Below, piece after piece: positions 56,989-64,000 of a stretch of 64,000 nucleotides of DNA. The position numbers were made by a program, and so were the translations under genes. The first letter of the stretch is position 1; each line of letters opens with the position of its first letter. The stretch comes from an uncultured Bacteroides sp. (GTDB taxonomy: Bacteria > Bacteroidota > Bacteroidia > Bacteroidales > Bacteroidaceae): positions 2,415,807-2,479,806 of the forward strand of contig NZ_OY781098.2 in assembly GCF_963676325.2 (NCBI RefSeq). The letters are read 5' to 3'. The notes under the pieces are model-generated. The model worked only from the letters and a program-made list of their open reading frames with translations. It did no database searches and had not been told where the DNA came from.

Positions 56989-59166
56989 TTATTTGCTGAT
57001 AAGCAGCTTTAAAAAGGGAAGTGCCTCCGATTGAGAAAGCAAACTAAAACGTGCCACTTCGGAGATATTCCCTATTTTTATAGTAAAAGCATCGTTTGGC
57101 AACTCACGGAATGTATCTTCATCCGTGATATCATCACCCATAGCCAGAATAAAGTCGAACTTATCATTCTGCAATATTCTGCGAGCCTCGGAACCTTTAG
57201 TGTAAAGGGGGGATTTAATTTCTACAATCTTATCTCCACGCATAATCTGAAGATTTTGTCGCGCACAGGGACCTATCAGCGCATTAATCAATTGTTGCTC
57301 ACGTAAAGAGGCCAGCCAGGCATCTACATTACGGTAATGCCACACCAGCGCAGTCTCTTTTTCTTCCAATTTGGAATGAGGTGTTTTATCAATAAACGAT
57401 TGAAGAATGGAGATAATTTCCTCATCCCATTGATCTGGCTGAACATTCTCATGCCACATTCCCTCTTCTTTATAAAAAGCTCCATGTTCAGCAGCAAGAT
57501 CAATTGGCAAACGACTAAACCACCTGTCTAATGTCTGATGATCTCTTCCGCTACTGATTACCACTTTATTCTTTTTGTTAGCACAAAGCTGTTTCAGTAT
57601 TTCCATTAATTCCGGGGTAGGAAATGCATCCTCCGGATTACTCTTGAAAGCACAAAGCGTACCATCATAATCCAGAATTAACAACCTTTTACCAGCATCC
57701 CTATACTTGATCTGTATTTGCTTAAAAACATTCCCTTTAATTCTTTTTCTGTATAGTGCTTCATTCAACGATTTAATTTTCTTTACCTGATTCACAAAGT
57801 CAGTAGCCCATTTATCTACAGTCTGTTTGGAAATATCCTCCTGCATTAAACGCAGTTTTCTTAATTGTTCATCAACAGGCATCTCAAGAGCCTTTAGAAT
57901 GGCATGTTCAATCTCCCCAACATCGTTGGGATTCACAATTATTGCTTCTCCTAACTCTATTGCAGCTCCGGCCATTTCACTAAGAATCAAAACACCCGGA
58001 GTATCTCTCTTGACAGCAAGGTATTCTTTTGCCACCAGATTCATTCCATCCCTGAGCGGAGTAACCAAAGCTATATCTGCAATGTGGTACATGGCAACAA
58101 GTTCCTCGAAATCAAAGCTACGATAAAAGTAATAAACCGGAGTCCAGTTAATGGTAGAATACTTTCCATTAATAGCACCTATAGATTCGTCTATTTTTAT
58201 TTTCAGACTAGCATACCTGCCAACCGTACCTCGTGACGGAACAATTATCATGGCCAGTGATACCCTCTCTTTATATTCCGGATGTCTTTCCAGAAAAAGG
58301 GCAAATCCTCTCAGCCGATGAAGTATTCCTTTACTATAATCGAGCCTGTCAACCGAAAGGATTAGCTTATGAGTTCCATAATTCTTTTTTAGAATATCAG
58401 CTTTCTGCTGCACATCAGGATTAAGGATAGCATCATGATACAAGGAATAATTAATTCCCATTGGAAAGGCATCTACACAGGCTATGCGGTTTTCAAGTAA
58501 AACCTGATCAAGCTTAAAGCGGAGATCAAGCACTCGCTCGGCTGTACTTACAAAATGTCTCATATAATCGTGGGTATGAAAGCCTATCAGGTCAGCCCCT
58601 AATAATCCATTCAGAAGATCGGCCCTCTCCGGAAGTACCCGGAAAAGTTCATAAGACGGGAAAGGAATATGATGAAAATAGCCAATGCTAACGTCTTTAG
58701 TAGAAGTTCTAAGCAGCTGGGGAAGAAGCATCAGGTGATAGTCCTGCACCCAAACAATATCACCCGGTTGCACGAGTGGAAGTGCGACCTGACAAAAGAG
58801 CTCATTTACCTGCTTATACGATTCTCTGAATTTATTATCATACTCTATGAAAGCATAAAAATAGTGGCAAAGAGGCCAAAGCGTACTATTACTATATCCC
58901 TCATAAAAGTTTTGAATTTGTTTAGGAGACAGGAATACGGGATGAAAATTGTACGGTTGAAGATAATTGGTTATCATTTCCTTTTCATCTTCAGACTCGG
59001 TGTACAGCCCAGGCCAGCCTATCCAATGTTTTTCCACCTCCATAGAAAGCGAGCCCAGACCGGTAGCAAGTCCACCTTCACTACGACTAAATTCAAAATC
59101 ATTTGAATCCGTCCTGTTCGCTTTCAAAGGGAGTCTGTTTGAAATGATAAAAAGCCTCATAATCAA
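56989..59166 (-). CDS. bifunctional trehalose-6-phosphate synthase/phosphatase (OtsA-OtsB fusion)
   Basis: 725 aa with an N-terminal GT20 domain (FIISNRLP...GGLATGL...VQDYHL) and a C-terminal HAD phosphatase (LILDYDGTL). Confidence 0.85.
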   Translation of the reverse strand: MIMRLFIISNRLPLKANRTDSNDFEFSRSEGGLATGLGSLSMEVEKHWIGWPGLYTESEDEKEMITNYLQPYNFHPVFLSPKQIQNFYEGYSNSTLWPLCHYFYAFIEYDNKFRESYKQVNELFCQVALPLVQPGDIVWVQDYHLMLLPQLLRTSTKDVSIGYFHHIPFPSYELFRVLPERADLLNGLLGADLIGFHTHDYMRHFVSTAERVLDLRFKLDQVLLENRIACVDAFPMGINYSLYHDAILNPDVQQKADILKKNYGTHKLILSVDRLDYSKGILHRLRGFALFLERHPEYKERVSLAMIIVPSRGTVGRYASLKIKIDESIGAINGKYSTINWTPVYYFYRSFDFEELVAMYHIADIALVTPLRDGMNLVAKEYLAVKRDTPGVLILSEMAGAAIELGEAIIVNPNDVGEIEHAILKALEMPVDEQLRKLRLMQEDISKQTVDKWATDFVNQVKKIKSLNEALYRKRIKGNVFKQIQIKYRDAGKRLLILDYDGTLCAFKSNPEDAFPTPELMEILKQLCANKKNKVVISSGRDHQTLDRWFSRLPIDLAAEHGAFYKEEGMWHENVQPDQWDEEIISILQSFIDKTPHSKLEEKETALVWHYRNVDAWLASLREQQLINALIGPCARQNLQIMRGDKIVEIKSPLYTKGSEARRILQNDKFDFILAMGDDITDEDTFRELPNDAFTIKIGNISEVARFSLLSQSEALPFLKLLISK

Positions 59167-59313
59167 TACATGTATGCAGTTTCTTGAATAGGTCTATATT
59201 TCAAAGAACACAAGCATATATTTTTTGTTTATCAATTTAAGAAAAATAAGGCTCTTATATAAGATACAAGAATATAACGAAACCTTTTCAAATGGATGGT
59301 GAATAACATTTGT

Positions 59314-59398
59314 TTTGATATATATCAAACATCTATTATGATATACATCTAAATGGTGCTATGATATATATCAAAGCATACGTTTGATATATATCAAA
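59314..59398. promoter_or_regulatory. four phased TGATATATATCA palindromes (23-bp period)
   Basis: TTTGATATATATCAAA at 59314-59329 and 59383-59398, tATGATATATATCAAA at 59360-59375, and degenerate tATGATATAcATCt at about 59337-59352. Centres fall at 59321.5, 59344.5, 59367.5 and 59390.5. Confidence 0.5.
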
Positions 59399-59429
59399 AA
59401 CAAAGAATAACAAGTAATAATTAAAAAGA

Positions 59430-59588
59430 TTACTTTAACGCATAAACTGTAGAGTTACTATTATACATGCGCTGACTGGTTTGATAAAGAGAGTTTCCCA
59501 TATAAAACAGGAAAGATATTGCAAGAACTGCCATCAATACTCCTATTTTAACGAAGCGATCACTTTGTACCGGTATGTCTTTTTTCAT
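59430..59588 (-). CDS. possible 52-aa small membrane protein (not in the ORF track)
   Basis: Hand translation gives MKKDIPVQSDRFVKIGVLMAVLAISFLFYMGNSLYQTSQRMYNSNSTVYALK. It has one TM helix and lies just downstream of the flippase-like gene. Confidence 0.3.
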   Translation of the reverse strand: MKKDIPVQSDRFVKIGVLMAVLAISFLFYMGNSLYQTSQRMYNSNSTVYALK

Positions 59589-59688
59589 TTTATATTCTTA
59601 TTTATGGGTTATTTTTCTGAGCATAAAGATATTCAATCTGCATTTCAACTCTTTTACAATAAAATGAAAACTGATATACAATTCTATT

Positions 59689-60705
59689 TCAACGGAGTTT
59701 CTTGATCCATTGAGGGATAATGCACACTCCAACAACGAGATAAAGGTAATAGGTGATTATTCGCCAAAGAAAAGCCACAATGATAGCAACTCCTGAAACG
59801 GTAAAGAATTCGGAATAATATTCCTTAAACATAAATTCGCCTAATCCACTCCCTCCTGGCGTGGGGCTAACAGCCATAAGAATCCACAGTATAAGCTGAC
59901 GGCCAAAGACAACAAGATGATTTCCTTGCGAAGTAAAAGCCAATAGCAGAGCATTTACTACCAGATACCGGCAGCACCAGGAAAATGTTGTGGCAACGAA
60001 TGATTTAATCCAAAAAGAAAATGGTTTCCGGCTAAATTCAGAGGAACAGCTTTCTAAGCTTGCAGAAAACCGGGTCACGGTCTTTCTCCTGGAACGTAAC
60101 ATTTTAAGACTAAAAAGACTGAACAATAATTTCTTTACCCATTCCGGACGTTTAAACAATGCTGTAAAAAGAATAAATGTCCAAAGGGCTATTATTCCGT
60201 TAGCAGCAAAGAACAATATCTGCACTCCGGTGGAAAGAGCAGTTGAGCTACCAAATAAATCCTGAAGAGGAATTATAAAGAAAAGCAAGACACAGGCCAG
60301 TATGAAAAAAAGTTCATCAAGAAAAAGACAGGAAATCATTATTGCTGCACTTCTGCCTGCATTAAGTCCCTCTTTGTTCAGAAAAAGGACTACCAGACTA
60401 CTGCCTCCTACCGCCATTGGAGTTACAGCAGAAGTAAATTCACATAGGATATTCACGTTAAAGACTTGCAACCAGGAAAGATCTTTATCAGCCATCAGCC
60501 GATAACGCCACATTAGTCCCAAATCACGCCCCAGCATTAAAAGAAAAGCCAGAGCAATATAAAAAATCATCCGTCCGCTGAATGTTATTGAGGAGATAAC
60601 GGACATATTTATTTCTTTATGAAACAGCCAACCAACGACTGACAGTCCGATTGCAACCGGAATAAGTATGTACCCTGTTTTAAATACTTTTAAATTGCTT
60701 CCCAT
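59689..60705 (-). CDS. flippase-like / lysylphosphatidylglycerol-synthase-TM-region (UPF0104) membrane protein
   Basis: 338 aa with about 8 TM helices. It overlaps the upstream glycosyltransferase by 16 nt. Family assigned by recall of the common GT + UPF0104 pairing. Confidence 0.55.
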   Translation of the reverse strand: MGSNLKVFKTGYILIPVAIGLSVVGWLFHKEINMSVISSITFSGRMIFYIALAFLLMLGRDLGLMWRYRLMADKDLSWLQVFNVNILCEFTSAVTPMAVGGSSLVVLFLNKEGLNAGRSAAIMISCLFLDELFFILACVLLFFIIPLQDLFGSSTALSTGVQILFFAANGIIALWTFILFTALFKRPEWVKKLLFSLFSLKMLRSRRKTVTRFSASLESCSSEFSRKPFSFWIKSFVATTFSWCCRYLVVNALLLAFTSQGNHLVVFGRQLILWILMAVSPTPGGSGLGEFMFKEYYSEFFTVSGVAIIVAFLWRIITYYLYLVVGVCIIPQWIKKLR

Positions 60706-61874
60706 AGAAATGTATTCTGTTTTCCGGAGGATCTTCTTATCAAACAGGTGTATCTATCATATACCTCATCTATAACTTCTTCCCAAGATCGGGCAATACT
60801 TTCAGCTGCTTTGCAGCCTGCCATTTGCATTAAAAGAGGAGAAGAAGTCAGTTCACGAATCTTTTGCGAATAGTTAAATATTGAATGACTGCTTAAAAAG
60901 CCATTTACAGAGTCTGTTACTATTTCGGCCGAAGTGGAACCGGCAATCAGCAATGAAGGAGTATGCAAAGCCGCGGCTTCCCGAACCACCAATGGAGCGT
61001 TGTCATATAATGAAGGAAACAAAAATAGGTCTGCCGCCGCATAATAACTCTTTAATATCTCTCTGTCGGTAACTGTTCCTTTAAAAAACACTTTCGAGGA
61101 AAGATTTAGTTTTTCCGACAATTGTTTTAATTCTTCCGCAGCGTAACCGGAACCAATAAAGAACATTTTAAACGGAAGATCCCTGATCTGTGATAATGAT
61201 TCCAAAAGAAATACCAGATTCTTTTCCAGTATATGTTGGCCTACGAAGAGAAACATAAATTCCTTATTGCTTACGCCAAGTTTGTTTCTGGTCAGTTCCC
61301 GCAAAGAATAAACAGATGTGTTGTAAGAAAAGTCATTCCCATTGTCTACAACTTCAACTTTTCCTTTGTATCCGTACTCACGAAGCGTTTCTTCCACTGA
61401 GGCCTGAGGAATCCACACCTCATCAGCTGATTCATAAAAACTAATCACATTTTTTATAAGATAATCTACTATCCTCTTATTAGGGATAGCTCGTTCAAAA
61501 TCGGCTTTGTATTTGGAATGAAAAGTGGCTACTATGGGAATATTCTGTGCTTTAGCTATCCGCATGGCCAATGCACCGGATGAGAAAGGACAGTGTGCAT
61601 GGACTAAATCGAACGATAAACCGTTTATCTTCTCGTGAAAAGGCCAGTCTATCCTCGGGAAACCCAGTCGGTAGGGCTTTCGCATAGGAATAGGGATGGA
61701 AGAATAACGATAAATGGGGTATTCTTCTTCATCTTTTACATTAGGAGACTTGGGGGTTACTACACAAACATTCCCGGCTTTCCTATTCAGCCAGTAAGCA
61801 TAGTTCTGTGTAGTCAGGGAAACTCCATCCATTATAGGAGGAAAACAATCATTAAAAAGGCCTATCATTGCCAA
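60690..61874 (-). CDS. glycosyltransferase family 4 (GT-B)
   Basis: 394 aa. N-terminal FPPIMDGVS..., C-terminal ...FLFPSLYDNAPLVVREAAA (EX7E-like region). Confidence 0.8.
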   Translation of the reverse strand: MAMIGLFNDCFPPIMDGVSLTTQNYAYWLNRKAGNVCVVTPKSPNVKDEEEYPIYRYSSIPIPMRKPYRLGFPRIDWPFHEKINGLSFDLVHAHCPFSSGALAMRIAKAQNIPIVATFHSKYKADFERAIPNKRIVDYLIKNVISFYESADEVWIPQASVEETLREYGYKGKVEVVDNGNDFSYNTSVYSLRELTRNKLGVSNKEFMFLFVGQHILEKNLVFLLESLSQIRDLPFKMFFIGSGYAAEELKQLSEKLNLSSKVFFKGTVTDREILKSYYAAADLFLFPSLYDNAPLVVREAAALHTPSLLIAGSTSAEIVTDSVNGFLSSHSIFNYSQKIRELTSSPLLMQMAGCKAAESIARSWEEVIDEVYDRYTCLIRRSSGKQNTFLWEAI

Positions 61875-61958
61875 TCGGTATTATTTTTGTTAATCGATTT
61901 GCAAAGTAAGCCTTATGATATTACAAACTTTTATAGATAAAGTTACAAAGCTGTGTTA

Positions 61959-62363
61959 TCAGATTTTCATTCCGCTAAACATGCTGAAAAGAATAATACA
62001 TAGTACAATAAAAGTGATCACAACATACATTCTGTCCTTTTCCATTGCAAAAGAAAAGAGAGAACAGAAAACACGCATTATCGGAGTCATAATAAGTACA
62101 ACAACTCCCAACTGCATAATAGAATGGGCATCCAGAGACAATACTCCATTAATAATTCCCGAAAGATGAGTATACATAGGAGCTTCATTGTGGAATTTGC
62201 TATAATCGGGCATTATTTCTGTACCATGAACAAACAGATAGATCACCCCTCCTATCAAGGCGATTATGCTTGCAGTGACCACTCCTGTGCGAAGTAATGT
62301 TCCAATAATTCTCTGAAGATCACGGTCTCCCAATATCCTGTTTGAAAAATCCTTTATCATCAT
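61959..62363 (-). CDS. DUF1634 membrane protein
   Basis: 134 aa with 3-4 TM helices (LQRIIGTLLRTGVVTAS...). It sits immediately downstream of a TauE/SafE gene, which is the usual DUF1634 context. Confidence 0.55.
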   Translation of the reverse strand: MMIKDFSNRILGDRDLQRIIGTLLRTGVVTASIIALIGGVIYLFVHGTEIMPDYSKFHNEAPMYTHLSGIINGVLSLDAHSIMQLGVVVLIMTPIMRVFCSLFSFAMEKDRMYVVITFIVLCIILFSMFSGMKI

Positions 62364-62364
62364 C

Positions 62365-63198
62365 TTAGAATTTATGATTAAAACCGTTATACATCATGTT
62401 AAGCGCAACTATGGTTATTGCTATGCTAAATATAATCCTCAGAACTTTCACATTCATTCGCTGAAGAAGCTTTGCACCTGTTGTAGCCCCGGCAAGTACG
62501 CCTATGATAACCGGAAAAGCAATTCCGGGATCAATATATCCTCTTTGCAAATAAACCACTGCACTGGCAGCAGCAGTAACCCCAATCATAAAATTACTGG
62601 TAGTGGTACTCACTTTAAACGGTACACGCATAACTGAATCCATTGCCAATACTTTTAGTGCTCCGGATCCGATACCCAGCAAACCGGAAAGGACTCCGGC
62701 AAGCGACATAAGTGAAAAACCTCCCACTACGTTTGTCAGTTCATATTCAACCTGTCCGTCTTTTGTAGGGTAAGAGCCATTCAACTTTAGCTTCTCTGCA
62801 GTCATACTTCCTTTAACTACGGAGTGATCATATTTCTTTCTTAAGGTCATGGCAGCTGAAAAGATTAACACCATGCCAAAGATCACAGCTATTACATTTG
62901 TAGGCATGTAAATCGCTATAGCCGCGCCAAACACCGCACCCACAGTGGTTGCAATTTCAAGAAACATACCCAGCCGCATATTTGTTATTCCCTCTTTCAC
63001 ATAAGCACTAGCCGACCCGGAAGAGGTGGCAATAGAAGCAACAAGAGCAGCACCAATGGCATAACGGATATCTATATTAAAACATAGAGTAAGTAATGGA
63101 ATAACCACAACTCCCCCACCCAATCCGGTCAGCGAACCTGCTAATCCGGCTAGAAAGGCTCCCAACAGGAGAATCAATGTAAATGCTAGTATTGACAT
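62365..63198 (-). CDS. TauE/SafE family sulfite/anion exporter
   Basis: 277 aa with a Gly-rich duplicated 4-TM pattern (GSLTGLGGGVVVIPLL ... GLLGIGSGALKV). Confidence 0.8.
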   Translation of the reverse strand: MSILAFTLILLLGAFLAGLAGSLTGLGGGVVVIPLLTLCFNIDIRYAIGAALVASIATSSGSASAYVKEGITNMRLGMFLEIATTVGAVFGAAIAIYMPTNVIAVIFGMVLIFSAAMTLRKKYDHSVVKGSMTAEKLKLNGSYPTKDGQVEYELTNVVGGFSLMSLAGVLSGLLGIGSGALKVLAMDSVMRVPFKVSTTTSNFMIGVTAAASAVVYLQRGYIDPGIAFPVIIGVLAGATTGAKLLQRMNVKVLRIIFSIAITIVALNMMYNGFNHKF

Positions 63199-63317
63199 AA
63201 TATAAATCCTGAATTATCTTTTATTAAGACGCAAAGTTAATTCTTTTCCTAAAGAGGTTTTGCTAATATCCATTATAATTTCCTAATTTTGCAACTAAAA
63301 TAAAAAGAACATACTTA

Positions 63318-64000
63318 ATGCAAGGAATTAAAAACCTCACAGAAGGCGCAATATTTAAGCAGCTTTTTAATCTGGCAATGCCTATAATGGCTACTTCTTT
63401 CATACAAATGGCCTATAGTCTTATTAATATGGCCTGGGTAGGAAGAATAGGTAGTGAAGCTGTAGCTGCCATTGGGACTGTGGGTATACTATCCTGGATG
63501 TCGGCCTCCATCTCTTTACTGAATAAAGTAGGTTCAGAAGTCAGCGTTGGTCAGGCTATCGGAGCAAAAGATGAAGCTGCAGCTAAAAAATTTGCAGCAC
63601 ATAATATAACTATCGCCCTTATTATTTCACTTTGTTGGGGAACTTTGCTATTTATATTCGCCCACCCTATTATCGGTATTTATGAACTAAATAGTGAAAT
63701 ATCTGCCAACGCAATAGTTTATTTACGAATTATATCTGCAGCAATGCCTTTTATCTTTCTTTCCACGGCCTTTACGGGTATCTACAATGCGGCAGGAAGA
63801 AGTAAAATTCCGTTTTATATCACAGGTAGCGGTCTAATAATTAACATGATTCTGGACCCTGTTTTTATTTTTGTTTTCAAATGGGGAACAACAGGTGCAG
63901 CTATAGCGACCTGGGTATCACAAGCAATTGTTTTAGGTTTGTTTATCTATCAGATAAAAGGGAAAAAAGATATACTAGGTGGATTTAGCCTTTTTACGAA
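63318..64000 (+). CDS. MATE family efflux transporter (partial, runs off the window)
   Basis: Hand translation from the ATG at 63318 gives MQGIKNLTEGAIFKQLFNLAMPIMATSFIQMAYSLINMAWVGRIGSEAVAAIG..., a typical MATE N-terminus. There is no stop before the window end. Confidence 0.8.
   Translation, partial: MQGIKNLTEGAIFKQLFNLAMPIMATSFIQMAYSLINMAWVGRIGSEAVAAIGTVGILSWMSASISLLNKVGSEVSVGQAIGAKDEAAAKKFAAHNITIALIISLCWGTLLFIFAHPIIGIYELNSEISANAIVYLRIISAAMPFIFLSTAFTGIYNAAGRSKIPFYITGSGLIINMILDPVFIFVFKWGTTGAAIATWVSQAIVLGLFIYQIKGKKDILGGFSLFT

Noticed and set aside
59481-59705. 74-aa plus-strand ORF in the otsAB-upstream intergenic region
   Set aside because: It has no motifs and overlaps the end of the flippase-like gene. 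The opposite strand carries a more plausible small TM ORF, which is itself only low confidence.
1-64000. tRNA, rRNA, transposase, integrase and prophage structural genes
   Set aside because: I scanned the larger intergenic regions (for example 10361-10697, 24548-25065, 33590-34026, 36529-36956, 59167-59429) and the ORF translations and saw no convincing candidates. A tRNAscan or Infernal run would be needed to be certain about small RNAs.

Overview
Low-GC, densely coded chromosomal segment, mostly on the minus strand. Its gene content looks Bacteroidota, probably Bacteroidales: AQ-type signal peptides, TAnnTTTG-like promoter boxes, no Shine-Dalgarno dependence, and many glycoside hydrolase, AraC, HxlR and LytTR genes. 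This taxon call is inference. Most of the window is accessory detoxification and export functions. These include an AraC-linked RND/MFP/TolC pump, a TetR-nitroreductase pair, a heterodimeric ABC exporter with a GyrI-like protein, a TetR-EmrAB-TolC-like MFS pump, a partial MATE pump and two HxlR-controlled redox modules. It also carries carbohydrate enzymes (PL10-like lyase, GH2 with a PA14-like insert, GH39, GH15, DUF1593), a trehalose-6-P synthase/phosphatase fusion, bacterioferritin, an anaerobic sulfatase maturase, a type III PKS with an ICMT-type methyltransferase, a Kv-like K+ channel and a glycolipid-type GT4/flippase-like pair. I saw no rRNA, tRNA, CRISPR array, transposase or integrase. 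The most unusual region is 31.4-36.9 kb. It holds a very AT-rich three-gene operon of unrecognisable, membrane-associated proteins (31439-33589). Next to it lies a GC-rich VirE-like primase/helicase plus HU-like gene pair, bracketed by ~110-bp composite inverted repeats built from GCTAGATC units and preceded by tandem GC-rich hairpins. A second structural oddity is a 5-kb redox-enzyme cassette flanked by two direct copies of a 64-bp hairpin element. All family assignments come from motif recall on the supplied translations, not from database searches.
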